DNA from: Octopus vulgaris
Taxonomy: Eukaryota
Reading direction: 5' to 3'
Assembly (NCBI GenBank): GCA_951406725.2
Contig: OX597823.1
Coordinates: forward strand, 70,680,001 to 70,744,000
Length of the DNA: 64,000 nucleotides
Within the stretch, counting starts at the first letter, position 1, and each line of letters begins with the position of its first letter. The translations under genes were made by a program, and so were the position numbers. The notes beneath the pieces are model-generated. The model made no database searches. It saw only the letters and a program-made list of their open reading frames with translations, and was not told where the DNA came from. Positions 1-14,803 of the stretch are shown piece after piece.

Positions 1-320
1 ATTGGCAGGTTTGTGGGAGTCTGAGTTGTGTGTGTGTAAGGTGTGTGTTAAGTATATGAGGAATATGGATGTGAGCAGGAGAGAGTGGGTAAAAGCATGA
101 AGTAAGAGGGAAGGCCAGTGGAATGTGGGAGGCATAGGAAGAGGGAAGGCCAGTGGAAAGTGAGTAGAGGAGTTGGATGTGAGACACTGTTTCATGGAAG
201 GAAGGTGTGAACAAAATAAGTGGAAATTTGAGAGAAAGAGAAGTCAGAAAAATTATTTAACTTGTATAAAAATAGAGAGATTAAAATTACAAGTTCTGTG
301 AGAGAAGAAAAGTTATTTAA

Positions 321-542
321 TTCTTTCAATACCAATCTGCCTGAAACCACCTCTGGCTCTGTAGTACAAATGACTTGTTTTCATAAGTTTTAAATTTAAA
401 TCTTTGACCAAACCTTAGTCACAATTTGTGTTTCTAACACTAGCTTAATGATAACTAAGTTATTTTACTAAATTCTTTGTTATATTTAGAATTAATTGAA
501 AGAGACACAGAGCATCTCAAAATAAATACAGTAACAAAAGGG
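321..542. mobile_element. Small non-autonomous DNA element (piggyBac-like MITE)
   Basis: TTAA at 317-320 and 543-546; right end GTAACAAAAGGG, degenerate left end TTCTTTCAATAC. Confidence 0.45.
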
Positions 543-1419
543 TTAAGAAACTAAACAACACTGAAAAGTCCAACGGGGTTGGATGGAATATCCTAAGGAT
601 GGTGAGGAACTTGTAAAAGAAATTTAGTTAGGTGAAGCACAGGGAAAGGCTTGACAAATGTGACAGGTGTGTGCATGTTTTGCGGGTATGAAGTGTTTTT
701 ATATGGAAGAAAGAAAAAAAAGAAGAGAGAAGAAAAATCATGATTTTATGTATATGTAGATGGTAGAAAGTCAGGAAAGTCCATGGATGGTGAAGAAATA
801 GTAAAATCCACAAGGAGAATTGGATAAGATCTGCTGAGGAGAGAGAAATGTTAAGGTAGAATGTCATAGTGTGAAGAGTAAAGGGAAGTAAAAAGCAGGT
901 GAGAATATGTAGGCACGTGGCTGTGAGGGTGTGTTAGCAAGTAAAAGAATCCATGGCTGGGAAGGTGAAACACTACTGTAACGCAGGAGAGGTGGAGGGA
1001 GGAAGTGGGTTGTGAGTGTACATGTGGTGGACATTGTGTGTGTGTGTGTGTAAAAGTAAATATGTGTGAGTATGCATGTGTCAACAAGACAATGTGTGTG
1101 GGTATGTATGTGTGTTAACTTGCGAACATACAAGGGTGTGTCAAGGAGACAAGATGGTAGAAGAGACATGCGTCTTTGTATGTGAGAGGTGTGGTGTGGT
1201 GGAGTGGAGGGACATAGTTTCTGTTTACCAAATTCTACTCACAAGATATTAATGAACCAACTGCTATACTAGAAAGTATTTGGGAAAGGTGCCATGCAGA
1301 GATTGAACCTTAAATCCTGTATTCGTGAAGTGTATATCTCAAGCCCATGGCAATGCATTTTACAAAGTTTTGCTTATAAGATTTTTTCCTTTTGTGTTGT
1401 GTTTGAATTTAAATTGAAG

Positions 1420-2110
1420 TTGTTAGTTTCAATGTAGCTGCTAGAATAAGAATGTGGCTGGGCAAAGTTCAGAGAGCTTCCACCTTTGTTGGCAACAAAG
1501 GGCCTCTACCTCAGAGTGAATGAGATAGTGTTTGATGCCTGTGTTCAAGCAGCCATGCTACATGGCAGTGAAACATGGGCTGTGACTGTAGAGGCTGTGT
1601 GAAGGCTCGAAGGAATCGAAGCTAGCCTGCTGTGCTGAATGTGTAATGTAAGTGTTCATACAAGACAGAGTGTAGGTGTCTTAAGAGAAAAACTGAGTAT
1701 AAGAGATATTGGATATAGTGTGCAAGCGAGAAGACTCTGCTGGTATGGTTGTGATGCATATGGACAAGGACAGCTGCATAAAGAAGTGCTGGTCTTTAAC
1801 TGTGGAAGAGGTTGACCCAAGATGATGTGGGACGAAGTCATGAAATATGATCTTCAGATGTTGATCTTCAGAGGCAGTAGCAAATGACAAACTTCCTGCA
1901 AATTGCTGTGCTTGAGAAGACATGTCAAGCTGAATGATATTGTGGTCGTGGCCAGTGCTGGTGACACATGAAAGGCACCCATGCTGGTGTTATGTAAAAG
2001 ACATCTGGTACATTTTGTGGAGTGGTTGGTATTAAGAAGGGCATCCTGCCATAGAAACCAGGCCATACAGACTGCAGCCCGATGCAACTCTCTGGTTTGC
2101 CATCTTCTGG
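1420..2110 (+). mobile_element. Decayed 3' fragment of the RTE-clade LINE family also at 28.5-29.7 and 33.5-36.4 kb
   Basis: Homologous motifs (ggcaaagttcagagagc, catggcagtgaaacatgggctgtgac = LHGSETWAVT) with many stops. Confidence 0.8.
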
Positions 2111-2588
2111 TGCTCTTGGTGCTGTTAACGAGGTTTCTTGGATTGGTTTTCAAACCTCATATTTATAGAGGAAGGTTGCAGTTGACTGAATTGAATGTAA
2201 TACATTCTTGATATTTACTTATATTATTCTCAATGGAAGGAAAAGCGAATGGAATTTAAACTCAGAATTTGGAAGAAAGACAGTAACATGCATGCATATG
2301 TATGTGCACGCGCACACACGCACACACACACACACACATGTTCATATTTATGACAAATATTGTATCTTAATAACTAAGCCTGTAATCTGGTTTTGTTTAT
2401 TATCTTTAGTTATTTCATTTTCTTATACCATTAGTAAAGTATGAATATCACAACTTCTGTCCTATCTTTTGAAGTCAGAAGTGTTGATCATCCAGTGATA
2501 GGATACCCCTGGAGATCAAACAGTTGACAATTAACATTTATTGCGTAGAGTAAATAGAAATTTCATACATACACTAATTTTTTTACAG

Positions 2589-2669
2589 GTGGTCTCTTAA
2601 GAAACCAGTCCCAAAATTAGGAGACAATTCATCAAGTTTCAAAGATGTAGATCGGTTTTATTCTTTTTG
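2589..2669 (+). CDS. DNAJC2: DNAJC2 exon (81 bp), [27 protein letters not shown]
   Basis: tttacag acceptor, gtaagt donor; zuotin-homology motif. Confidence 0.95.
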
Positions 2670-5600
2670 GTAAGTTCTTCAGCTTTCCTTTTCTACAAAG
2701 GGGTTTATTTTGTGTATTTACACTCTGAAATCATTTATTTGATACTTTTGCAAATTCCTATATTTTTATATGACTTACTGGAGCAGAGAATATAACTACA
2801 TAAAATGTTCTATATATATATATATATATGCCATCATGTAGTTGATGTTAGCTAAATATAAGGATGTCCAAATTGATTTGCAGTGAGTTAGATAAGATGT
2901 ACTCTTTGATGTAGGACTGAACCTGGAACCATGTGGTTGGTAAGCAAGTTACTTACCACACAGCCATTCCTACGCCTATCTTTAGAATATCTTTGTTTAT
3001 AGCATTACGTTATTGCAACTGACACAAGAACTTACTAGAAAGGAAATATGGAAAACATCTTACCTATAAACAATTTCATGAAAATTTCTTTTTGTCCCCT
3101 TTCTTTATTTCTAGGTATGACTTTGAATCCTGGCGTGAATATTCCTATTTAGATGAAGAAGAGAAAGAAAAAGGCGAAAAGTACGTTTATTTAGTTCTGC
3201 ATGTTTATTACACTTAGCACACGCCTATGCCTAAATACCGTAGAAGCATTTTGGCCTATATGCAAACCAGAATGGTAACTTCTATATATATTATGAAGAT
3301 AGGTATGGTGAAATCCCCCCCAACACACACTTATATTTATGCTCACAAATTTGTATACACAAACACACATGCACACATACATAAGTTCATACACAAGTAT
3401 TTGCTTACATATATACATCATTACAAGCTGAATTCGAATGAAAGACACAATAGTTACACATACCTTTTTGACATGACAAAAACAATAAGATGTATAAGAA
3501 AATGTATAAGTAAATAAGACAAACAACAATTTTGTCATGGAAGAAGGAGAAAATACAGATATGTGTGTATACAATTTTAGCACAAAAGTAATAATAAAGA
3601 ACAAAAATAATAAAAACCATAATAGCATATAAATACCTATATGAGTAGACACTCAAACAACCCCCCACATATACATACATACATATTATATGCATACATT
3701 TTATTGTACATGACTGCAACATTTAAAGAATCGTGTGTGTATCATCATCATCATCATCATCATCATTGTTTATTGTCCACCTTCATCATCATCATCATCA
3801 TTTAACGTCCGTTTCCCATGCTATCATGGGTTGGACGGTTCGACCGGGGTCTGGTAAGCCATGGAGGCTGCACCAGGCTCCAGTCTGATTTGGCAGTGTT
3901 TCTACAGCTGGATGCCCTTCCTAACGCCAACCACTTCGTTAGTGTAGTGGATGTTTTTTACGTGCCACCGGCACAGGAGCCAGCGCAGGCTGACAAACGG
4001 CCATGATCAGTTGGTGCTTTTACGTGTCACCGACATGGACGCCAGTCAGGCGACGTTAGTAACTGCCACGATCGAACGGTGCTTTTACGTGTCGCCAGCA
4101 CTGGTGACTTAACTACAATTACCATCCGAATTTTATAGTAACTCCTGTTACTATGCTTTGGAAGCGGCTGAAATTAGGTGTTGACAGCAATTTTATGATT
4201 TAAGTCTTCATGCATGACCGATCGCATGGTTGTCTGGGAGATATCAAGACTTTTATGTATTCTCTGTGTTCTCAGAAGCATTTAGAGCACGAATGGGCAT
4301 AGCTGTGAGAATTTGATGCCAAGACCCTGATGGAGTGTGGAATGTACCTGAACTTAACTAGATTTTTGACTTGGGGGTCTCTTAACATTTCTAGTACACT
4401 ATTTGCTACATTTTCATATAATGAACATGAACCCTTCTCTCATATTTTTGTGCTTTTGAAGCTCATATTACTAATTCATTAGGCTTTGCCATATTTATCC
4501 AAAAGATTATGCTTTATATGTTTAAGAAAATTGTTTACAAATTGGAAACTTTAGTGAATGAAGAAATTCAGTCGTTATTCCTAATTTTTCATTTTAGTCG
4601 TGAAGAGAGAAGATGGATTGAAAAACAGAATAAAGCTGCTCGTCAGAAGAGAAAGAAAGAAGAGATGGCCAGAATACGTCAGTTAGTTGGTATGTTCCCT
4701 AAATCATTACATAGTCTCTATGTAGTTTCTTATGTGGATAGAAAACCTGAAAATTTTCATGGCAAGCAGGAAAAATGGAAAGCTTTTGGATTGCCAAATT
4801 TATGCTTTATTTAGTTACCTTAGTAGCATAGGTGGAGTGGAATGGCTGTAGTCACTGCTTGCTATTTTTGTATGCTGTTATGAGTGTATTAGGGGGATAG
4901 TGTATGTTTTGCTGATACCTTTCTATCTTTTCAGCACATAACATCCTGTTGTTGTGACTTATTCCTTTTACTTTCTATTTGTTTTGTCACATAAGAGAAT
5001 ACCCTAACTGTATTTCATTCCTTTGTTATTGCCTACATTCTACTTTTTCTGACTGTGTTTTAATAAAATAACTGTAAGCAGTATGATATTCTGTAATCTG
5101 TTATCTCATTTGGGGCTGCCGAATACTTCCACTTCAAAGGATTATGCATTAGAATAGTTTCTTATTGTCCTCTCACTAACCATGTGAGGATTTCAGTTCA
5201 GTTCTGCAGTGATTACAGTCATCAATTACACAGCTTATAATTGTGAACTTTACTGATCCTTATTAATAGTTAAGTCTAGAATAGTTAGGGTTCTTCACTT
5301 CATTAAAACATCTTGAAACAGTTTCCTCTAAATCAAGTGATTGAAAGAAAGGAACATACTCTCTATTGAGACTGAGTTGTTTCTGCATTGTTCAAGTAGT
5401 TTACTGAAACGTTTGCTCAAGTTTCTTCCTGTCTGAGGGAAGAGCAATCATTCTTTAAGGATCCTTTAGTTACACTGTCTCAGTGGTGTACAACAAGCCT
5501 CTTTTTATATACTATCTTCCTCCTGTTGCTTCATCAGTGGCCTTGTTTAATGTCCATTTTCCATGCTGGTATGAGTCAGATGGTTTGAAAGGATCCAGTG

Positions 5601-8600
5601 AGCTGCAAGACAATGTCAAGCTCCAATGTCAGTTTTGGCATCATTGATTTCAATGGCTGGATGCAAATCACTTTGTGTGTTTTTTTTTGTACCACTGGCA
5701 CCAGTGATGATGCCAAGTAACTAACAAGATTAAGAACCAGAAAAAGCCCCTTTGTCTGCCTGGCAAAAAATAAGTTGTGCACTTACAGTTGGGGGATAAG
5801 TAACAGGACAACATTCAAAGAAAAATGTTCCATCATGCATGAAAAAAATGGTATAAAATAGTCTAGATATGATTCAATGATACATGAAGTTGTTTTCTCA
5901 TTTTCTCATGCCATAAGCAATTTTTCATATTTGAGTTGAATTTCTTCCATTTGCAGATAATGCCTATGCATGTGATCCTAGAGTACACAAATTCAAAGAA
6001 GAAGAGAAAGAGAAGAAATTAGCTCAGAAGCGTGCTCGCCAAGAAGCAGCTCGAGCTAAAGCCGAAGAAGAAGAACGGGTAACTATCTTACATTTCTAAA
6101 TTTTTAAATGCTATGGTTGTATACTACGTCTGACTTTTTTTTATCAGGGTCTTGCGAGGTTAATATATTTTAGTTTACTAAGGTGGGAGAGCTGGCAGAA
6201 TCATTAGCACACTGGGCAAAATGCTTAGTGACATTTCATGTCTTTATGTTCTAAGAGTTCAAATTCTGCCATGGTCAACTTTGCCTTTCATCCATTTTGG
6301 GCTTGATAAAATAAGTACCAGTTAAACACTGGGGTCAGTGTAACTGACTTGCCCCTTCCCCTGAAATTGCTGCCCTTGTCCCGAAACTGAAACCAGTATA
6401 TTTTAGTTTTCTGATGTTATAGCCTAGCTGAAGAATATCTCTGTTTAGGTCAGTATGTTTAAATAACTTTGAATTTTATGCCTGTTTTATGGTTGAAAGG
6501 GACTGTGAAAGGGACATCTAGTTCTTTGTGCAATAATAATATATAAATACTTCAAATTTGTGAAAACCATCTCACTTATGTTGACTTGGTGAAAGGGAAA
6601 GCAAAACTCGTAGATGTGGTGAGGAGATTACAAATGCCATGTTGCAAATACGGACTTTTTATGGTTGCTTGTATCTTCTCTGCATTTGCACTTCTAATGT
6701 CTAGGCCATGAAATTGAATGCCAATTTCTTAATAGTTTTGCCTACCACAGATTTCTTACTTTCTTTATACACTTTCCCTTCCTTATTTTTCCTTAGTGGG
6801 GCTGTAGTTACATGCCTTGGTCATATTACTTCTCATCATTAGTTCATCATCATCTTTTAATGTCAGTTCTGCATACTGACAGGAGTGGCCAGTTGGAGAA
6901 CTGCCCAGGTTCCATTTGGCATGGTTTCCATGGCTGGATGCCCTTCCTGATGCTAACCACTTTACAAAGTATACTGGGTACAATTACATGGCACTAGCAC
7001 AGACTCCTATGCGACACTGGCACTGGCATGGGTGCTTCTACGTGGCACTGGCATGGGTTCTTTTACGCAGCACCAAAATATAAACTCACGACACTTCTGT
7101 TGAGACTTATCCCATATCCATTTGACTACAGTGACTTCTTGTCAGTTAAGACGTTTTTTTTCCCTAAAGCTAATTCTTTTACTAGTAAGGTCTTTTAATT
7201 AATACTGATTTTTTTGTTAATGTATCCATTGCATTAATTTAGATTTACTTATTCCATTTTTAATATTTCTAGGTTTCTACTTTATGAATTTACACCTAAA
7301 TTCTTTGTTTTATAATACATGAGTTGTTATTTTTTAGATCAGGCAAGAAGCACTTGCGGAAGAAAGGAGAAAAAAAGAAGCTGAAGAAGAAGCTGCTAGG
7401 CAAGCTGTAAGTTCTTTTTTTTTTTCTGTGTAGTTTTGGTCAGATGTATTTGAACAAATTTATGCCATTGAGATAACCAACCAAACACTTGATAGCATTG
7501 CATAGATATATATTTTAGTCTTTTGGACATTAAACAAGGCCATTGTGTAATGTCTGTCTTCCATGCTGAAATGGGTTGGACGGTTTGATAGGAGCTGGTC
7601 AGATTGAAGACTACACCAGGCTACTGTGTTTGTTTTTGCGTAGTTTTTACAGTTGTGTGCCCTTTCTAATACCAACCACTTTGCAGAGTGGACTGAGTGC
7701 TTTTTATGTGGCACCAACACAGGTGAGGTCAGTTTTGGCTTGGTTTTTTTTTTACAGCTGGATGCCCTTCTAAATGCCAACCACTTTACAGTGTGGACTG
7801 GATGTTTTTTACTTAACACCAACACTAGGAGGATCATCAAGTATCTTGCAAGACAAGGAACTTTTGAGAGGGGAGGGGGCATTAGAGGAGGTGATCTTGT
7901 GTCAGATGATGAAAAGTTCGAGTGTGACAGAGAGACATCCTCTCACCTTTCATCATAACACAAGATCACCTCCTCCAATGCCCTTGAAAAAAAAATTCTT
8001 CCTTACACTGACAGTACTTTTTTGCTTTCTTGTTTAATAAATGATATTGCATTGTTTTGGGTTTTATCTGAGCTTACTTGGAAGTAATTACTTGATTATT
8101 TGAGAAACTTCTCTTATTGGATATAAAAAAAAAAACAACAAAAAAACGCGCCCTTTTAAGGCCTAGCCAAGCTCATGGACCCGGTTTCCTGGTTTCTATG
8201 GCACGTGTTCCCCAGCTGGATGGGACGCCGGTCCATCGCAGCGTTACTCATTTTTGCCAGCTGAGTGGACTGGAGCAACATGAAATGACTTATTGGATAT
8301 GCTACTAATATATTAAATTTGGTTCATTGAGTGATTTCAACTTACTACTATCAGCTGATACAAAAAGAAAAAAAATCACTGCTTATGCCTGTGAGCAATA
8401 CCTACCTATATAGAGTACCAATTATATGCTTGGTAAACAGGGTTATGAAGTACTAAACTCTGTAAGAATGATTGGGCAACATTGTTAAGTTTGGTTTCCA
8501 TAAACGACCATTCAGTTGACTTTCTGTAGAAAACTTTTGAAAAAGAAGTTGAATCAGTGTTTTTCTTTGTATTGTCTTTTTTAAGGCTGCTGCTGTGAAA

Positions 8601-11600
8601 AAAGAGAAAGATGCTCTGCGGAAAGTATTGAAGAAAGAGAAAAAAATTCTTAGGAATATTGTTAAGGTAAGATCTGACTCTATGTTTTTGGCTGTTAATA
8701 TTGCTGAATTAAATTTATTAAAAACTGATATATATTTCTTTACTACCCACAAGTGGCTTAAACACAGAGGGGATAAACAAGGACAGACAAATGGATTAAG
8801 TCGATTACATCGACCCCAGTGTGTAACTGGTACTTAATTTATCGACCCCGAAAGGATGAAAGGCAAAGTCGACCTCGGCGGAATTTGAACTCAGAACGTA
8901 ACGGCAGACGAAACACGGCTACGCATTTCGCCCGGCGTGCTTAACGTTTCTGCCAGCTCGCCGCCTTTACTGATATAAAAACTGATATAAATTACTAAGT
9001 TCCTTTACCATTGTACATTCTCTGCAAAAGCAATATTTACCTGTGTTTAGATCTAATGTAATATCTAAAATATCAACTACAATGATGTTGATGGTGTTTA
9101 TTTCAAGATAAACTTTTGAAATGCATTAATATAGTTTTTCTTGAGGCTATTAGGCTGTTTGTTGTTCATCTGGTGAAAAATTAAGTAGCCTCTGATGAGA
9201 AACAAAGCAAGATAATCCTACTGGTCTAAGCCTCATCACACTAGTACATAACTACAAATAGATCAGATCCCTGCCCATGATGATACTAATTTCACTTAGT
9301 TGTATCAAACTGTTCAGTATAAAAAAAAGTGCTTCAAAATGAACAGGTAAAATTCTATGTCAAACAAAGTAAATTTGATTTAACATTTATTGTCTTCTTG
9401 CCTAAAACAGTTGAGTGGAATGGAGTTATTTTTTTTCTTAAAGGTAAATTTGTAGCTTAATTTTTATGTGATAATTGCCTCTAAAATATTTTTGCTAACT
9501 ATGCTTAATTCACGGTTCAAAGTTCGATAGTAATATTTGGGCTTCATTTATTTACTTTGTAGTAGTGAATGTTTTTTTTCCAACTTTGGCAAAAAGCTTG
9601 GACTGTCTGCTTGGCTCTGTGTATATACACACAAACATATGCACTCATAACGTTGTGTATGTATGTGTATATAGTTACATAAACGTATATTTGAACATAC
9701 ACATGCCTCCCCATCTCTCTCACATAGTCTCTCTCTATATATATGTGTATATATGTATGTGTGTGTGTTTGAATCATAATAATCATCATCATCATATTGA
9801 TGATCATGATCATGACCATAATCATCATCATCATCGTTTAACATCCGTTTTCCATGCTGGCATGGGTTGGACTTTTTTACTGAGGTTTGGAGAACCAGTG
9901 GCTGCACCCACGTTGAGGCAGTTTTCATCTGATGGTTGCCCTCCTTGATGCCAGTCATCACTTGATTCCAAGCAAGATAACAAAGGGGCAATATGAACTC
10001 ACTCTTGCATACACATGTACATGTATCGGTTTCACGGTGGCGAGCTGGCAGAAACATTAGCATGCCAGGCGAGATGCTTAGTGGTATTTCGTCAGCCGCT
10101 ACATTCTGAGTTCAAATTCCAGCGAGGTCGAATTTGCCTTTCATCTTTTCAGGGTTGATTAAATAAGTACCAGTTACGCACTGGGGTCGATATAATCAAC
10201 TTAATCCGTTTGTCTGTCCTTGTTTGTCCCCTCTGTGTTTAGCTCCTTGTGGGTAGTAAAGAAATAGGTATTTCGTCTGCTGCTACGTTCTGAGTTCAAA
10301 TTCCGCTGAGGTCGACTTCGCCTTTCATCCTTTTGGGGTAGATTAAATAAGTACAAGTTACGCACTGGGGTCGATATAATTGACTTAATCCATTTGTCTG
10401 TCCTTGTTTGTCCTCTCTGTGTTTAGCCCCTTGTGGGTAGTAAAGAAATAGGTTTTACTTACAATGTATTGGTTGTCTCACAGCTATAAGTAGAAGACAT
10501 CAACCAACATCATCCATGCAGTAAGACCAAATTCCTAACCATGTAACTCTAAAGGAAACTTATGACTACACGAGAGACACACCCACCTAACCACATACAT
10601 CATCCACTAGCCCTCCCCCTACACACTCCCCCCCTCCTCACAGTATGTATACATAGGCAGACTTGTGTTTATACATATTATTACAGCCTTGTGATATCTT
10701 TATTCTTAGGAGAATGATTATTTTGCTTCTAATGAAAGTGAAAAAGTTAATCATATGGAAGAAGTTGAGAAACTTGCTGAACTTCTGAGTGTTACAAGGT
10801 GAGTATTGTTAAGTGCAAAATTTTCCTCTTTGTCATTTGTATCACCTCGTTGATAATAAACCCGTCTGTTATCGTTAGTGTTGATATTATTATTATTATA
10901 TGTTTGACTTTTGCTTTACATTTGTATAAGTTGGCTCCAAGTCTCACCCAGAGACCTCAAGAGACATGTTGGTGTTATGCCTAGGGTGCCATATATTTGG
11001 TTTTGTACATTGTGTTTATTATTATTATTATTATTATTGAGTGAGAGAGCAGTGCATGCCATCAAAGTGACACTGGGATACAAATATATGAAGCTCAATA
11101 TACCCCTCATGACTACCCGTCTGATAAGGGTAAATCAGGCATGTGCACAACATGGTGATCTCATATCAAGATAAACAGTGCATGACCTTGCTGGTGGGGC
11201 CCAGTTAAAATTCTCTCCAGGTCGAGTAGCCCATCTTGCTCAAAAGGTCCCTGAATAAGATTTATTTAAGGATGATGAATGAAATACCCCTTGTTTCCAA
11301 GGGTGAATTATTCATTCCCCAAAGAATTCCTCTCAACACATGGCTATGATGCTTCCTCACATTTGCTCGTGGTCAAGATCTCATTTAGTAGTGATTTCCT
11401 GTCAGCTTTGCAGAGTTTGCAGGCTGGATAGGTTTATGATGCTTCTAGTGTGGCATACAGCTTTGAATCCCTTTGAACTATATATACATTGTTGTGATTG
11501 TTGCTGAATCCCGTGTTATTAGCAAAGCTCTTGATCAGGCATAGTTTTATTAGTTCCATGATCATATTCTGCTTGATTCTGTTCTTGGTATGACTTTCCA

Positions 11601-11889
11601 AAGATTATGTTGTCCTTGGGTTATTTGATGTTGGGGAAGTTGAACCTGTCCAACAGAAGTACATTGATAGAATTTACTCTTTTACTTGTTTCAGTCATTT
11701 GACTGTGGCCATGCTGGAGCACCGCCTTTAGTCGAGCAAATTGAACCCAGAACTTATTCTTTGTAAGCCTAGTACTTATTCTGTCGGTCTCTTTTGCCGA
11801 ACCGCTAAGTTACGGGGATGTAAACACACCAGCATCGGTTGTCAAGCGATGTGGGGTGGGGGAGCAAACACAGACACACAAACACACAT

Positions 11890-11959
<70 letters not shown>

Positions 11960-12746
11960 GTACATATATATATATATCATCATCATCATCATATATACGA
12001 CAGGCTTCTTTCAGTTTCCGGCTACCAAATCCACTCACAAGGCTTTGGTCGGCCCGAGGCTATAGTAGAAGACACTTGCCCAAGGTGCCACGCAGTGAGA
12101 CTGAACCCGGAACCATGTGGTTCATAATCAAGCTACTTACCACACAGCCACTCCTGAAGTTTCATTAATGCCTTTTTTTTTTTATCATTCTATGGTTTTC
12201 CCCAAATTTAACATGATTTGAGGCATCTGGTGGACAATATAGAATAAATATGTTTTGTTTAAAATAAGTTTTAATTTTATTTGATGTATGTTCTCTTGTT
12301 TTCTAGATTGCAATCTCTGAATGAAGCATTAAATTCTGGAGACAAAGAAGTTGCCAAGAAGGCTTTTCTTGAATATGTATGTATTGCATCTTTTATCAGT
12401 TACTTGTTTTAGTCATTGAACTGTGGCTATGCTGGGGGAACTGCCTTGAAGGGGTTAGTTGAACAAATTGATCCCAGTCCTTTTTTTTATTCTTTTTTAG
12501 CCTGGTACTTATTCTGTTGGTCTCTTGCCAACCTGTTAAGTTATGGGGATGTAAAGAAACTAACACTGGTTGGCAAGCAGTGGTGGGAAACAAACACAAA
12601 GAAGCACACACACACATCCTGGACTCTGGAAGGATGAAAGGAAATGTTGGCCTTGGTGGAACTTGAACTCAGAAACGTAAAGTTGAATAAAATGCCACTA
12701 AGCATTTTGCTCAGCGTGCTTGCAATTCTGCCAGTTTGCCACCTTA

Positions 12747-12779
<33 letters not shown>

Positions 12780-14772
12780 CCTTTCTTCTATACGTGCAAG
12801 GCCTGGATTTTTGTGGGGAGGAGGATAATCGATCACATCGACCCCAGTATGTGACTGGTACTTAATTTATCAACTCCCCCCAAAAGGATGAAAGACAAAG
12901 TCAACTTTGGTGGAATTTGATCTCAGAATGTAGCAACAAACAAAATACTGCTAAGCATTTCACCCAGTGTGCTAACAATTCTGCCAGCTCGCCACCATTT
13001 AAATAATAGTAATATCAATACTCTTTACAATAACAATAGATAGATAAATAAATATATGATGTATTATATTGGCTCCAGAGAAATGCAGCTATTTTTGATT
13101 GCTGTTTTTAAATCAGTAAAAAGCATTTTGATATGTATTTTTAAAAGTATACAAAGCATGGAGTGTCCATTAGCTTTCCAGGTCTGCATTAATTGAGAAA
13201 GAGGAATAGCTAAATGAGGTTAGTACAGTTATTGTAATTTACATTTAAAGAGAAACTTGGATTGAAATGGAGTTTGGCTGGATTGAAATACTGGGCAGGA
13301 AAGGGTTTAGTAAATTATTGGAAGCACTTGAGATACAAGAAAGATAGATAGATAGGTTCGTCTGCTTAATTCAAATAGAAATAGTATACAACAAATAGAA
13401 GGCGGTGAGCTGGCAGAAACGTTAGCACGCCGGGCGCAATGCTTAGCGGTATTTCGTTCACCGTTGCGTTCTTAGTTCAAATTCCGCTGAGGTCGACTTT
13501 ACCTTTCATCCTTTCGGGGTCGATAAATTAAGTACCAGTGACGCTCTGGGGTTGATGTAATCGACTTAATCCGTTTGTCACCTCTATGTTTAGCCGCTTG
13601 TGGACAGTAAAGAAATAGGTATACAACAAATAGAAAAATTTGCAGTAATGTAGTTGAATGACTTATTGTTTGTAAAATGGTTGTTGAAGAAACCTTAACC
13701 GTTAAAACAATATCTGGTTCCCCATGTTACACTTGTTGGTTGTGCTAAATAGATGTAGCCCCTTCCTTTTTGCTATATTTGAATGTTTTCTCTAGTTATA
13801 CCTGTGTTTCTCTTCCTAATTGCAGGTAAAGGAATTGAAGGAACAAATGGAGGAAGAGAAAAAGAAGCAGTTAGAAGTACTTCAGAAACCGTCGTCCAAT
13901 GAGGTTTCCCAAGTCAGCAAGGACTGGACTGAACTTGAAATGCAGTTTATGGTGACTGGTGTGAATTTATTTCCGGCTGGTACCAGAGATAGGTTTGTCC
14001 GCTTTAGTGTCTGCACTTGTTTCTGTTAATGTGTTCTTTTGTGTGATTCAACCCACATTTTATATCGTAATGTCTGTAGTATAACTGTTATTATTGAAAC
14101 AACTGGACATCCATCCTAAGGGACACTATGCTGCTGATTTGATGTATTGACCATTAAGCAGTAGGTAGCATAATGCCTACAGGATTGTACACAATATTTC
14201 ATGCAGTTAAGGTTCATTAAAGATACTCTGAAGCTAGATTTAGTTTCAAAAATAATTAGTGAATTAGTATTGAATGACACCAATTTAATGGCTTGAACAT
14301 TGTTAGTATCTGTTTAGATTTAATGTAGTTTCATTAACTGACAGATATATCTCAGTGTTTTAGACAACTAACTGTTTCAAGAGTTCAAACTCTACTGAGG
14401 CGTCTTAATTTATTTGTTCTTGCATTAGGTTATCTGAAGTGATGGAGTACAGCAGACATGTATAACTTATCCAAAGATAGACAAATGGACATTAAAATTA
14501 CATTAATAAGAAGGACAGTTTCATGATACACCTTTGATAAAGGAAAAAAACAAAACTTAAATTTTCAGTTCTTGAATTTTTTCTTTTTTGAATTATAGAT
14601 GGGAAGTCATTGCGAATTTCATTATCCAGCATGTAGAAGGAAGTAGAAAAACAGCTAGAGATGTTTTAAAGAAAGCTAAAGAATTACAAAAGAATGGTAA
14701 AGTACTTCTTAAAATTATAGTTTCTGCTTGCTGAATTTGCTATTTGGAATTTTCAACTCTGTTCTCACACGT

Positions 14773-14803
<31 letters not shown>

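Noticed and set aside
1-1200. Purine-rich strand skew and three minus-strand ORFs
   Set aside because: Low-complexity sequence inside a DNAJC2 intron; no recognisable domain or splice pattern.
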